From assembly GCF_009914755.1 (NCBI RefSeq), contig NC_060939.1: a DNA stretch of 64,000 nucleotides, one strand, 5' to 3'. The notes under the pieces were generated by a model. The model had not been told where the DNA came from, searched no databases, and saw only the letters and a list, made by a program, of their open reading frames with translations. Of this stretch, positions 37,398 through 60,572 are shown one piece after another (within the stretch, counting starts at the first letter, position 1; every line of letters begins with the position of its first letter). The position numbers were made by a program, and so were the translations under genes. The stretch is from the human T2T-CHM13v2.0 reference genome, Homo sapiens.

Positions 37398-37739
37398 CTG
37401 GTCTTTATTTTCCCTTGTTGGAACGCTCTTCCACGCTGCTCCCACACCATGTCCCCTATCACCATTATTATCCTCATTTCATCTGTAATTACTTGCATCT
37501 TTTAATAGGCTGGGAGTTCTAAGACAGAAGGGACTGTGTCTCACTTCTGTTGTTCCAGTGTTTAGCTTTGAAACCCAGGCACACAGTAGGTACTCAGTAA
37601 ACAGAATGCGAGGGACCGTCCAGAGACACCAGTCCCAAACCCTTTTCCAGGCTGATCGGTCCCCCATAAGTCTCCAGCCTTTTTTATTTTAAAGCTTATT
37701 TTAAAGCATGTCCCTGAAGACGAGTGGGGAGAGCAGACC

Positions 37740-38660
37740 ACCCGCTGATTCCAATTCCCTAGGCGGCCGCGGCGAGCTGCGGCGTCTCTGTGCCCCGGCC
37801 TGCCCCTATCCCGCCTGCGCCCCGCCCCCGCCCGGCTCGCGCCAAGGCCCGCTGTTGGCGCCGCCGCCATCCCGGCGCGTCACTGCGCAGGCGCGGCCCG
37901 GGAGCGTGGGGTATCTCGAGGTGCCGGGTTGCAGGCGCTCAGGAGCGCTAGGGTTTGAGGCCTGCTTTCTGCTCGCGCCAGCAGAGCACTACCTGAGGCA
38001 GCGAGGCGCAGCGAGCCTAGCCTCCCCGCGCCCTGGGCAGTGTGGCCATGGAGAATCAGGTGTTGACGCCGCATGTCTACTGGGCTCAGCGACACCGCGA
38101 GCTATATCTGCGCGTGGAGCTGAGTGACGTACAGGTAAAGGCCGGGTCGGGCGGCGGGAAGCGCGCGGGATCGCGGCTCCGGGTACCCGCCAGGACCCCT
38201 GCCCCCTTTGTCCGCGTGCGCGCCGGAGAGCCTGCAGTGCGCCAACAAGGTCGGCGACGCGGTGCGCTTACGGCGTGCTGGCGCTTTTCGAGGCTCATCT
38301 GCAGATCTCGGGCCGGGGGCACAACCCCCCGAGGGCTGCAGGAACCTTCGGGTCCCCAGAGAGCTCGGCCTGGGCCTCTCAGGCTACCCCGGGCCTCTTC
38401 TTTGTTCGCAGTCGGCGGCCTTCATGGAGCCCAGGCCCGGCCCTGGCTGCCTGGCCGTCGGGGTTCGAGTTGGCTGGGGCCCTTCGAGATGTGGGATGAG
38501 CTTGTTGGGTCAGGGGTGCGGTTGTGACAGCGGCTTGCTGGGCCGTAGCTGAATGCCTGCCGCTGGCCTGAGAGGTCCAGCCAGGCCCCTCGGACGTTAC
38601 TGAGGCTGGGCGCTGCCGGAGGTGGGGGAGGGGGAGGGGTGGGGGGCCACACCCACCTCG
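37740..38660. promoter_or_regulatory. CpG island / HACD3 promoter and exon 1
   Basis: CpG-dense; tandem GC boxes CCCCGCCCCCGCCC (~37820-37833), NRF1-type TGCGCAGGCGCG (37884-37895), YY1-like CCGCCAT (~37864-37870). Confidence 0.9.
38048..38134 (+). CDS. HACD3: HACD3 (PTPLAD1/B-ind1) coding exon 1, MENQVLTPHVYWAQRHRELYLRVELSDVQ; start of CS/p23-like domain
   Basis: gccATGg Kozak, 29 codons, CAG|gtaaag donor; P-x-x-x-WAQ motif of CS domains; matches recalled HACD3. Confidence 0.95.
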
Positions 38661-38868
38661 CAACCGTTCAGTGATGGAAATCATTCTCATTACTTTTAAT
38701 TTTAAAATTCACAAGAGCTGGAGGAAGTGATTTCCCCCTCTGTTCTGAAGGTTGTGAGCTCAGGTTTGCTGAGTTGCACAGAGAACTTAAAAAGTTCTTA
38801 AGTTACATTAAGCATTTCTGTTTGAGCTCCTTGGCCCTTAATGTAAGCAAGCTGAAGGCACGTAGTAG

Positions 38869-39422
<554 letters not shown>

Positions 39423-39718
39423 TAGGTGCTTTCTGAGTGTCGACTTGAATTTATTGAATTTAATATAATCTTTGCTTCTGGAATATAAACAGTTTTCCTG
39501 TTGAAAGATGAAGACAGTAGTGGCCAGAATGCCTTTAAATAGGCTATGACATTGCATGGTGTGTCGTTTAATGTGTTCATCCAGACTGAGGCTATACTTT
39601 TGGGTCAGAGTATGAGTAAATGTTCTGTGCTGTCTCCCTCTACTGCTCCACGGTGGTTTAATAGAATAGGAAAAAACAAACAAAATCTTTTGTAGGTGGG
39701 GATCAAAGTCCCCGTCTA

Positions 39719-40098
<380 letters not shown>

Positions 40099-40544
40099 TC
40101 ATTTTTCCCCCTTATTGAGTTTTTGTTTTCTCTGGGGTTTCACATCTGTAGTTTTGAGGCACCCATATTTCAACTACCATTAGTTTAAAAGCATGATGTT
40201 ACCCTCATAAAAGAGTGTTTACATGTGTTAGCAATCCTCTAACACATGTAAGGTAGTACAGATTTACAAAGATGAGTCAGACCCAGCTTTTCAAGGGCAT
40301 GCTATCTAGAAGGAGGCGTATCATATACAAACAAAAAGTTTTGTGTAGGAGTATGTTTATTGGTAGAATTGGAGTTGGATGTTGAACCAGGTATCTGGTG
40401 TTAAAGGAATTTGTTACCTTTCTTTCATTTAGTTAGTGATGACTTCCAGAAATGAGAATTATTTTTGTCAAACTAAGACTGGGAGAATGTTCCAGAAAGA
40501 GAAAGGCATAGACTTTTAGACACTTGTAATCTCTGACTTAAGCC

Positions 40545-41097
40545 GTGTCAGTGCCCAAAGGCCACCAATAACACACCCGTAGTTAAACAAGTTGGGTTTA
40601 TTACTCATTGCATTGAGAGAGCATACTCCATGGGGAACCCTGGGGTGTTTCATTAGGAGGGTGTTAGAACTGATTATAGGATTTGGGTGTTGGTGATTAG
40701 GGGAGGGGAGGGTTAAGGAGGTTGGGTTTCACTTCAGATAAGATCCTGTAAGAAAATATGGGAGTTTCGTGGTTGGGTATCTGAATAAATCTTACCTGTA
40801 GGGCAGGGAGACTAGTATAAGAACAAAACTGTAATTGCTACAGGAGTAGCAGTCACTCAATTTGGCCAGAGGGTGTTTGGTATTTCGTGAGTGGCATAGC
40901 CACTATGTATTTGTCTGTGCTTATAACAAAATTGTGAAATGGCCTTTGTCTCATTTTATGAGGATTTCAGAGTAACCTTGTCTGAGGTTGGTATTCTGTG
41001 AGATTGTTTATGTCCCATAGGAGAATAACATGGCCTGGCTGTGAGTGCTATGCCTGCTTCTGGAGTGTCACGGGTTGCCTTTTTTTTTTCTTTCTCA
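40545..41097. mobile_element. Old solo LTR (ERVL-like), same family as 48770-49150
   Basis: TG...CA ends; shares gtagttaaa(c/t)aagttgggtttatt, taggatttggg and gttggtattct blocks with the second copy. Confidence 0.6.
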
Positions 41098-41357
41098 ACT
41101 GATTGCTCTATGCAGGGCCTGTTGAAACCAGTGGTTTTACATGTGCAGATTTGTTATTTAAAAAAAAAAAAAAAGAAAGAAAAGCAGCCGGGTGTGGTGG
41201 CTCATGCCTGTAATCCCAGCACTATGGGAGGCCGAGACGGGCGGATCATGAGGTCAGGAGATCGAGACCATCCTGGCTAACACGGTGAAACCTCGTCTCT
41301 ACTAAAAATACAAAAAAATTAGCCAGGCGTGGTGGCGGGCGCCTATAGTCCCAGCTA

Positions 41358-41522
<165 letters not shown>

Positions 41523-42885
41523 TTATTTGTTCAGTAAAAATCGTTTATGGAGTACCTACTCTTGTCTATCATTAAGCTAGGTGTGGGGTTCTTGGACAGC
41601 ACTTTAACACTCTCTGCTTTCTATAGCATGACCCACAGCTTATGTGTAAGTGTGAGTTTTAAAGTGTTAAGTTCCAGTTTGGAGGCATTGGCTCTGTCTC
41701 CCTCCATCCTGACACAGGGAACTGTCCAGTCATCACATCTCTATTCTGTCTTTGATGCTGCAGGGCTAGTGACTATGAGAGAACACGGCTGATGTGAGGA
41801 GAAATGGTGGACAATAAAGACTTCAGCAGTGGCATCGTCTGTGCTTGAGGTGAACGGTAGCAAAGAGGCCAGCTAAAGCAGGGTTACTTTCAAGATTGAA
41901 TTTACTTTCACGATGAACATAATGAACGTGTTTGTCCCGAGAAACATAGTTGTTAAAGCATTGGTTTATTTACAAGGTGCTTGTTTGTTTTGGGTGTTGT
42001 GAGCAGAGAACAGAGCGTAGCTGTGTTTGAGAGCTGTTTGAAAGATATTGTTCCTGTCCGTACCTAACAGAGTCTGGTGGAAAGAGTGCTAACTGAACAC
42101 ATGAGATTGGGTCCTTGTTCTTATTACACTTATGCTCTAGTGACCATGATTCACTTAACCTTTATGAACCTGACGCTCTTCATCCAGACAGATATGAACA
42201 GTAGTGCCTAACTCATAGGACCATTTTGAGATTTGAATTGGAAAATGGATTTGAAAGTGCTTTGCAAATTCTAGTGTGCAGTTCAAGTGAGTGATTATGA
42301 TGATTGCGATATTAAACCTTAGATGAGAGGGATGGTCACAGAGCAATGGAAGAATAGAGCCTATTAGCAGACCTATTCATATATGAAAAGTTAAGGTATG
42401 ACAAGAGGCGCTCTTACAAATTAATGAGGAGAAAATGACCCATTCAGGAAATTGTACTGGGACAATTGGTAATCCAAATGGCAAAAAGAAAATAAGATCC
42501 TGCCTTATGCCATACACAAAAATCAGTTTCAGGTGCATTAATGACCTAAACGCATAAAGAAAAACTACTAAAAAGAAATATAGGAGACTATCTTTATAAT
42601 ATTGGAAAGGGGGAGAATGTGTTAAGCAAGATGCACAAAACACAAACCCTAAAGACAAAGATTGGCACATTTAAGACAAACTTGAAGAAGACATTTGCAG
42701 TGCATATCATTGAGAGATGACTAATATCACGACTATTTAAAGAACACCTACAGACCAATAGGCAAAAGACGTATTACCTAATAGAAAAAGGGGCAGATAA
42801 TATAAACATTTCAGAGTAAAAGGAAACAAGAATGACCAATAAGTCTGAAAAGATGCTTGACTGCAATTATGACCAGGCACATGTA

Positions 42886-46512
<3,627 letters not shown>

Positions 46513-46635
46513 TAAATTAAAATGATAGGATACTGTTTCTCACATTAGAGTAGGAAAATTGAAAAAGCCTGACATGACCAAGTGTTTCTGAGAATGTTCA
46601 GTGACAGGACTTTTTTTTTTTTTTTTTTTTTTTGA

Positions 46636-46959
<324 letters not shown>

Positions 46960-47649
46960 TGATTTGGAGAACAGTTTTACACTATCTTGTCAAGCTGAAG
47001 TTGTATGTCTTTATGAGTTGGAAGTTTTGCTTTTTAGAGAAGCTCTTACACATGCAGGTGGAGGTAGAATGTTCATTGCAGCAAAAAATTGAAAACAGCC
47101 TCAATTTTTGTCAGCTGGAAGAATGGATAAATTGTGGTATATTTATACAATGGCACACTGTACAACAGCTACAATGAATGAAACAGAACCATCTTTATAG
47201 AATTAAAGCTTAGAAATATAATATCAAAAAGCAAGTTGAAGAATGATATAGGCAGTATGAAATTATTTTTGTGACATGTCAAATCATACTGTATATTGTG
47301 AATGCCCAACGTGTTTTAATGAATAAATAAATACAGTGGAAACGACCAACTCCAATCCTGGAGTAGTGGTTACCTGCGAAGTTGGGGCATGTTTGAGGGA
47401 GAGGGCATTGGGATTGAGAAATTGTATAATGTATCTGTTTCTGTTTTATTTCTTTTTTTAAAAATTGAGGCAAATAAAGCAAAATGCTAATGGATGTTAG
47501 ATATAGTGGTGTTTGCTATATTTTTCTGTTTGATTTTGCTTGAAATATTTAATAATAGAAATCAATAAGTCTAAGCTGTTTATTACCACAGTACAAAAAC
47601 TACTTATAAAGCAGTAAGTTAAATAATCTGGTAACTGTTGACCACTCAC

Positions 47650-48600
47650 AATGGTCCAGGCACAGTGCTAAGTACTAGATATTCAGTAATGAGCAACACA
47701 TATAAAGGCACTACCTTCAGATTGAGGGAGACAGACAATAGATATGTTAATAAATAATTACCTAGATAAAGTGCTATGAGGGAAATAAAGAGGGTGATGA
47801 AATAGAGAATAATTGGTAGAGGCTATTTTAAATAGAGTGGTCAGGGAAGGCTTCCTTGAAGAGGTGATATTCTAGCCGGGTGAAACTTGAAAGTTAAAAC
47901 AAATGGTGCAGAAAGCTGGGGCAAGAACATTCCAACAAGTCCACAGACTTAGAGGCAGGCAAAGGCTTAGTGGGGTTCCAGGAGCAGAAAGGATATTAGT
48001 ATGTTTGGAGTGTAGTGAGGAATAAGTTAGAGGGAGATGAGGATAGAAGGGTTTGCAAGATGTAGGTCATGTAGAGCCTTGTTGCCATGGTAAGGAGCTT
48101 GGGTTTTATTGTAAGAGCAATGGGAAACTATTAAAGAGTTTTAAGCAGAGAAGTGACTTTGTAGGATTTGTGTTTCAAAAAAGATTATTCTGGCTGCTAT
48201 GTGGATTATAAAGGGGCAAAAGTGAACTATAGAAAACCATTTAGGGAGGCTGTTATAGTAGTATGGGTAAGAGATGAGGTGGCTCAGTTTAGGGTTGTGG
48301 AGGTGGAAAGCCATGGACACATTTGAGATATATCTGAAGAGAACCTTGAGGCCTTGATGGACTCGTTGGAGAGGAAGGGAAAAGAATTAATGACTAGTCT
48401 TAAGATTTTGACTTAAGCACAGAGTAGATGACAACTGAAATGATTAAGACTGGAGAAGAGATTTAGGGGCCAAAATCAAGAGTCCCCTTTTGGACATACT
48501 AGTTTGAGAGTCTTGTTATAAACAATTTCCATGTGAAAATGTGAACTAGTGATATAACTATACAAATACAGAGTTCAGGGCAGTAGTCTGGGTGAAAATA
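47650..48600. mobile_element. L2 LINE fragment
   Basis: gtggtcagggaaggcttc, ttttattgtaagagcaatgggaaac...ttttaagcag, ttttggacat...tttgag motifs. Confidence 0.7.
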
Positions 48601-48769
48601 GAATTTTATAGTATCTTAGACTTAATTGATTGTAAAATGCACCACTATTTTATTTTTTTCCCTCATGATGAGGGGAAAAATGCTGCTGATTATACTGTGA
48701 TACAAGCTTTCTTATTACTTTGAGTATTTTTAATTTATTGAAAGAGCTCTCTGAGAGTTTATTTAAACT

Positions 48770-49150
48770 GTTAATGCTGTTCAGCCAAAGATCACCAAAA
48801 CACACCTTGTAGTTAAATAAGTTGGGTTTATTGCTTGTTCCAGTGAGGGAAAACACACATCGTAGGGAAACATGTGGTATCTCAGTAAGATGGTGTTAAA
48901 AAAGACCTTGTTATATAGGATTTGGGCTTTGATTATGTGATGGCGGGGGTGTCTAAGGAAGTGGGGTCCGCTATAGATTGGATGTTGACAGAAAGCAGGG
49001 ACAGTTCTATGATTTGGTATTTTGTGGTTGGCATAGTGACCTGTCATTAGACAAATTTATGCAATGGTCTTGTTTTGTTTAATTTTACCATGGTCTCATA
49101 GTAACCTCAAGTTGGTTGGTATTCTTTGAAATTGTCTGTGTCCCCAAAAG
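48770..49150. mobile_element. Second, internally deleted copy of the same LTR family
   Basis: Direct similarity to 40545-41097. Confidence 0.55.
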
Positions 49151-49250
49151 GGGGAATTAGAAGATGATACAAACTTTTACATACACCCAATTGAGTATTA
49201 TACAGCTATAACAAGAAAGAGTAAGGTCTTTGTGAGCTGATAAGGATTTA

Positions 49251-50066
<816 letters not shown>

Positions 50067-50200
50067 TAAAGGAGGATGGGTTTGGGAGCAAGACTTCTGA
50101 GGAAATCATTTTATAAAGTTTGAATTTTGAACAATGGGAATGTTTTACATATTCAAAGATAAAATTGTCTTAAAAAAAACAGGCCGGGCTTGGTGGCTCA

Positions 50201-50461
<261 letters not shown>

Positions 50462-51347
50462 CTAAAAAAAAAAAAAAAAGAAAGAAAAGAAAAAAGCAAA
50501 TTAAATAAACAGAACCAAAAGGACCTAACTGTATATCAAATTGATGACAAAATCTTACAGATAAATTAATCAATACACATAATATTTGAACACAGTACTC
50601 TGGTACTTTAGTAGATCATGTCCTTTTTAAAAATCAACCTTCCCCCCTTTTAGTGGAATATATTCTAAGGACAAAAAGAACTGCAATTAAATGTTACACT
50701 TACAAGGGTTATTTCTCCCTTTTCTTTTTTTTTAAATTGAATACAAATTTTCTTTTTTCTTATTTTCCACAGGGAAACTTCTGCAAGTAATTAGTAGGTT
50801 TATTGTTGGTAAAAAATATTGATATTCTAATTCTGAAACTTTTTTGGGATAAAGCAAATATATAAATGTACTAATGTTATTAGGAAGCTTTTCACTGTAA
50901 AAGATATAAATCTTAAATAACAAGGTAGGGAGAAGCCTTGTAAGAGCTTGAATTGGAAACTTCACTATGACATCGTTTTTTAAATTCCTAGCTAGCCCAC
51001 TGAAAGATGAACATTGACTATACCTCAGTGTACTTAGATCATGGCTTCTACATTACCATTTCCAACCAAAGAAACTATGCCTCCTTGAAAAAATGGCCAA
51101 TTATTCCAAATCTGTGCCAGAAAAAGAACAGTATCTTCAAAAGCTACACGGTCATGTCAGAATCATACAGGACTTGATTTGAAGGGATTTCTACTGGCCA
51201 AGTTTGTGACAATTTGAACATCAACAAGAGTAATAATGGTAATGGAATTTGGCTGAGTGGATCACAAAAGAAAATCTGTGAGTCGGCGGGGCGTGGTGGA
51301 TCACACCTGTAATCTCAGCACTTTGGGAGGCCGAGGTGGGCAGATCA

Positions 51348-51679
<332 letters not shown>

Positions 51680-52071
51680 CTAGAGCTGTTCAGTCTCTTT
51701 ACTGTGACAGTTGGTAGATGAACCTATACAGGTGATCAAATTGGATAGAACTTAACACACAGACGCACATGCACATACCTGCAAGCGAATGCAAGTAAAA
51801 CTGGGAAATCTGAATAACATAGGTGGGTTGTGTCAATGGCAGTATCCTGATTTTGATTTTATACTATAGTTTTGTAAAATGCTACCATTGGGGGAAACTA
51901 GGAAAAGTGTACAAGGGATCTCTCAGTACTATTTCTTTTTTAAAAATTTTTATTTTTGTGGGTACACAGTAGGTGTGTATATTTATTTCTTAGAGCTTCA
52001 TGTGAATCCATATCTCAATAAAAATTTCAATTAAAAAAAGGGAGAGGAGAAAAAGGGAAAACTCCTTTTTA

Positions 52072-52596
<525 letters not shown>

Positions 52597-53164
52597 TCAC
52601 CTTCTCAATTTAATGATCAAATTTATTGTCACCCTCTTAACATAAGGATGCCATAAGTAACCATATCACCTATGAAATATTTTTGTTAAAAATGGTTAAT
52701 ATGAAGGAATGGCCAGACAAATCCAGAATATGATACATTTTACAAGACAATTGGCATGGGCTAATAAATAAAAGTGTAAGTCTGTATTAAATAAAAATAG
52801 GCATGGCAATCAAGAGGAATGCATGAACCTGGATTGGATCCTGGATTTTTTTTTTTTTTTTTGAGACGGAGTCTCGCTCTGTCGCCCAGGCTGGAGTGTC
52901 TCAGCTCATTGGAAGCTCCGCCTCCCGGGTTCACGCCATTCTCCTGCCTCAGCCTCCTGAGTAGCTGGGACTACAGGCGCCTGCCACCAGGCCCGGCTAA
53001 TTTTTTTTTTTTTTTGTATTTTTAGTAGAGACAGGGTTTCACCGTGTTAGCCAGGATGGCCTCTATCTCCTGACCTTGTGATCCGCCCGCCTCGGCCTCC
53101 CAAAGTGCTGGGATTACAGGCGTGAGCCACCTGCGGCCGATTCTGGATTTTTTTTAAAGTGTAA

Positions 53165-53661
53165 ATGTAGTGGCTTCAGGATAACTGCATCAAGAGTGCC
53201 ATCAAAATTCGCAATTTATTTCTTCTTTCCCTGAATCTGGGCAGGCCCTCTGGCAGCTTAGTGAATAGAATGCTGGAGAATGATGCTGTGACCAGTTCCA
53301 GGCTTACTCTTTGTAAGAGAACTGCCAGCTTCCGCTTCTTCTCTCTTAGACCACTTGCTCTTGAGACATTCCCTCTCGGAACTGAGCAGTCCTGTTGCGG
53401 GAGACCCAAGCCACATGGAGTGGCCAAATATAGTTATTCTGGTCTTAGCTGAACTACCAAATGACAACCAGCAACAATTATGAGCTAAGTGAGCGACCCG
53501 TCTTGAATGTTCCAGCCCAATATACTATAGCCCCAGCCAACATCACATGGAATAGAACTATATAGCTGAGCCCCAGTCAACCTGTAGAATCATGTAGGAT
53601 AATAAAATAGTTGTTTTAAGTTTTAGAGTGGTTGCGTGCATTACAGTAAATAACAAAAACA
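53165..53661 (+). mobile_element. MLT1 (MaLR) LTR
   Basis: cctgaatctgggcaggccc, ccaagccacatggag, aataaaatagttgttttaag...taacaaaaaca signature. Confidence 0.7.
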
Positions 53662-54199
53662 ATTGAACATCTTTGAGACAATTGTTCATGTAGATTTTTT
53701 ATTAGATAATATGGAATTATTGTTCTTAGGTATTAGAAAGCTTTGGTAATTATACAAGATAATATAATTTCTTAGGAGAGGAAATATGTGGAGGTTAAGT
53801 ATGATGTCTGCAGCTCATTTTGAAATAATTCAGCAAAAAACTATGCATATAAAAGGCAAATATTGGGAGCTTTCATTATATTTTGTAGAATGGAGGCTAC
53901 CCCCACCCTAAAAAAACCAAATATGACATTTAGCAATCAATTGGTAGAAGGTATATGAGTTTTCATTATATTATACTATTTTTTCTTTTTTTACTTGAGA
54001 CAGGGTCTTGCTCTGTCACCCAGGCTGGAGTCCAGGCTGGTCCCAAACTACTGGCATCAAGTGATCTGCCTGCTTTGGCCTTCCAAAGTGCTGGGATTGC
54101 AGGTGTGAGCCACCATGCCTGGCCTAGTTTTTCAATTTTTTTGTAGATTTAAATGTTTTCAAAATAAAACATTGGGGTGAAAAGGATCACATTAAAAAT

Positions 54200-55063
<864 letters not shown>

Positions 55064-55924
55064 ACATACTAATCACATAAATTTGAAGATAAATACTAAT
55101 GATTTGAATGAGAAAGGAAACTCTTGTATAAAGGGTTAGATAGCAGGTAGTTTATTGTGAACTCTTTGTAGTTCTGCCAGAGATTCTGAAAATGGGATGA
55201 ATTGATTTCAGTTCACTTAACAGTTATTGAGGCATTAGGTATATGGAAATGAATAAGACACAGTCCCTGCCATCAAAGAAGTCAGGTCAAGAGGGGCAGT
55301 TAAATGATCAACAATGATTGTGGAACAGTGTGATAAGTATTATAGTAAAGGTGAATACAAAGTAGGAAGGAAACTGTTGATTCTGATGTTAGGGTGAGGA
55401 GGAGAGAACAGGAATTAACATTTGACCTGAACTTTGAAAGAGAAGTAGTGTTCAACAGGCATGGAAACTTAGATGGGCACTTTAGTCAGAGGAAAAAAAG
55501 CAACTGGAATGTGAATTCTTACTAGTTGCCAGGGTCTGTGTGTGCTATTATAACTTAATCCTTACAGCAGACCTGTGATGTAAGTGATTTTATTGTTATT
55601 TTTAAAATTATGGCTGGGCATGGTGGCTCATGCCTGTAATCCCAGCAGTTTGGTAGGCTGAGGTGGAGGATTACTTGAGCCCAGGAGTTCAGGACCAGCC
55701 TGGGCAACATAGTGAGACTTGTCTCTGCAAAAAATTTAAAAAAGATATTAGCCAGGCATGGTGATGTGGACCTGTAGTCCCAGATACTTGAGAGGCTAAG
55801 GTGGGAGGATCCTTGAGCCTGGGAGATGGAGGCTGCAGTGAGCCGAGATTGCACCACTTCACTCCAGCCCTGGGTGACAGAGGGAGATTCTGTCTCAAAA
55901 AAAAAAAAAAAAAAAGATGATTAA

Positions 55925-56199
<275 letters not shown>

Positions 56200-56708
56200 T
56201 AGGCCTCCCGAAGTGTTGGGATTATAGGCATGAGCTACCTTGCCCAGCCACTCTCTTTCTCTTTTTATTTTTTAAAAGAATTAGAGACAGGGTCTGACTA
56301 CTTGCTATGTATGTTCCCCTAGCTGCATTTGAACCCCTGGGTTCAAGTGATCCTCCCACTTCAGCCTCCCCGGTAGCTGGGACTATAGGTGCATGGCACC
56401 GGGCCTGGCTGTTCACTCCTCCTTTCATAAGCAAAGGCACAGTTTCTTTTCTTGTAAGAGATGGGCTAGGTTGTGTAGATTGAGCTTTCTAATAAAAACA
56501 ACTAAAAGTGTTGAATAAAAATGTCTTAAAAACATCGAAAAGTTAACAAGGTAGAAATGAAATTGGGAACTCAGATAAGCTGAACGTGGAAACTGCTTTT
56601 GCCTTGCGAACATTTGCTCAACTAAGTGAACTTGAACTTTGGTTTTGACAGCCCAACAGGGCGCAGGCAATAGAAGTAAGGTCAAACCCAGCCTGGTGCG
56701 GTGGCTCA

Positions 56709-57975
<1,267 letters not shown>

Positions 57976-57984
57976 AGTTAATAA

Positions 57985-58150
57985 TTATTTGTTAATCTGT
58001 TGCTACATAACAAATCACCCAATATGTAGTGGCTTAAAGCAACAATAGTCGTTTATTGTCTCTCACAGTTTCTGTGGGTTAGGACTTCAGGAGGGGCTCT
58101 GTTGGGTTGTTCTGGCTTGGAATCTCATGAGGTTGTGGTCAGATGACAGC
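57985..58150 (-). mobile_element. MLT1 LTR fragment
   Basis: ttgctacataacaaatcaccc...tagtggcttaaagcaacaa...ctcacagtttctgtgggt. Confidence 0.6.
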
Positions 58151-59060
58151 TGTAGTTGGGGAACACAGAAAGCTAAGCCCACAGAAGAAAAACAAACACC
58201 GTGACACTGGGAAGGAGCTGCCTCTTGCTTGTTAACCTTGAGCTGGAAGTAGGAGTTGGGTTGTTTCTCATCCACTGGAAAAAGTGTTAAGTAGTTTCAC
58301 TTTACATTATGATGCTAAATTGAAGGTATGTAGCAACTTCTGGGAATCAATGAGCAGTCTGGAGAATTTTGACCTCTCCCGAGTCTTGTTTCCTTTGGGG
58401 GTTAAGAGAGTCTGGAGCCTCTAAGTTAGAGACACAGGCACAGCGTGTTTCATTTTCATTCACCACCTGCAATCCTCTGCCCTTCCCTCTACCTGTTGGA
58501 ATTAATTTATCATTCAGGTTGCAGTACAGGTCTCACCTTTGGTGAAGCTTTTCCCCACCACTCTATTCCTGTTGTGCTCTCTCTCTCTCCTAACTCTGCT
58601 AACACTTACTGCCTTTTACCACCCTTTTCGTCTTGACCATATGTTTCTTAATAACTATTTGATATCTTCTCACAGAAAGTGCCTCATCTGTCCCACTGGA
58701 TCCTCTGTTCTACAGCTCAGGGGTTGAGTCCTGGAGATCTCTGTATTCCCGTGTCATATCTCACATAGCACCTTGCATGACTGGCCATTTTCAGAATGGA
58801 CTAATTCAGTACTTGATTGTTTGCACAGTTAGAGCAGGTTAGGGTCCTTCTTGCAGGAGTCTGCAGTCTTAGATAGGTACAGACAGACATAGAGAAAGCC
58901 TACAGAGATGTGAATAAATGACTAAATATATTTCTGGGGGAGGCACAGAGTAGGAGTTTGAGTCCTTATGGGAGAGGGATGAGGGGAAGAAGCCCCTTGT
59001 TTAATCTCATTTTTTCTCTTCATTAAAATGCCTTCTTGCATCCTTGGTCTCTTTTCACAG

Positions 59061-59103
59061 AACCCTGCCATCAGCATCACTGAAAACGTGCTGCATTTCA
59101 AAG
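59061..59103 (+). CDS. HACD3: HACD3 coding exon 2 (NPAISITENVLHFK-)
   Basis: 43 nt, polypyrimidine tract plus cacag acceptor, G|gtcagt donor, phase 0 in / 1 out; follows a 20.9-kb intron 1. Confidence 0.93.
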
Positions 59104-59709
59104 GTCAGTATCCCAGCAAATGCTCCCATCTCTATACACAGTTAAGGAGGTGTGGTGGTGGTTTCCCTTTTTTAAAAAAATGTATTTGTCTTACTTGTTT
59201 TTTGCTGATGTTCACGCCTCTGATCCTCATGAGGTAAGCTAAATTGTTTTGAAATATATGATTAGAAAAGTCAAAGAATTGGTTTAAAATCCTGTTTCCC
59301 CCATGGAGAGGCAGTAGATACAGTGAAGGAAAAAAAAAAAAAGAATCCTGGGTTAGAAATCAGGAGACGTGTCTTCTAGCTCTAATTCTGCCGCTATCTT
59401 GGACAAGTTATTGACTTCTCTGGACCTGTACAATGAAGATGCTGGGTTTTAATCTGTGTTTCTCAAACTCGAGGACCCGTGGACACCAAATAATGTTTCC
59501 ACAGGACTCTCAAGGGCTCATGGACCCGAGATTGAGAAACGTGAAGAATTAAATATGGTCACTTTAAGTGATATTTGGCTCCACTGCAGCTGTGAATACA
59601 GACACACATACAGCTACTGATTGCATGGCAGTACTTGATTATGAAGTGGCCATCTAGATGATCCAGAATATGCTGCTTTTTTTAAAAAAAAATTATTATG
59701 GAAACATAA

Positions 59710-60465
<756 letters not shown>

Positions 60466-60572
60466 AAAAATATGGAACGCTTCACGAATTTGCGTGTCAT
60501 CCTTGCACAGGGGCCATACTAATCTTCTCTGTATCATTCCAATTTTAGTATATGTGCTGCCGAAGTGAGCAC
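60466..60572 (-). pseudogene. Full-length U6 snRNA retrocopy (5' part of U6/L1 chimera)
   Basis: 107 nt, GTGCTCACTTCGGCAGCAC...ACAGAGA...CGTTCCATATTTTT; 4 transitions versus recalled U6, three at CpGs; no upstream PSE/TATA promoter seen, a TSD abuts the 5' end. Confidence 0.97.

Noticed and set aside
60466-60572. Functional U6 gene
   Set aside because: No upstream PSE/TATA/DSE seen; TSD, L1 fusion and CpG decay, including a change in the AGC catalytic triad (AGC to AGT)
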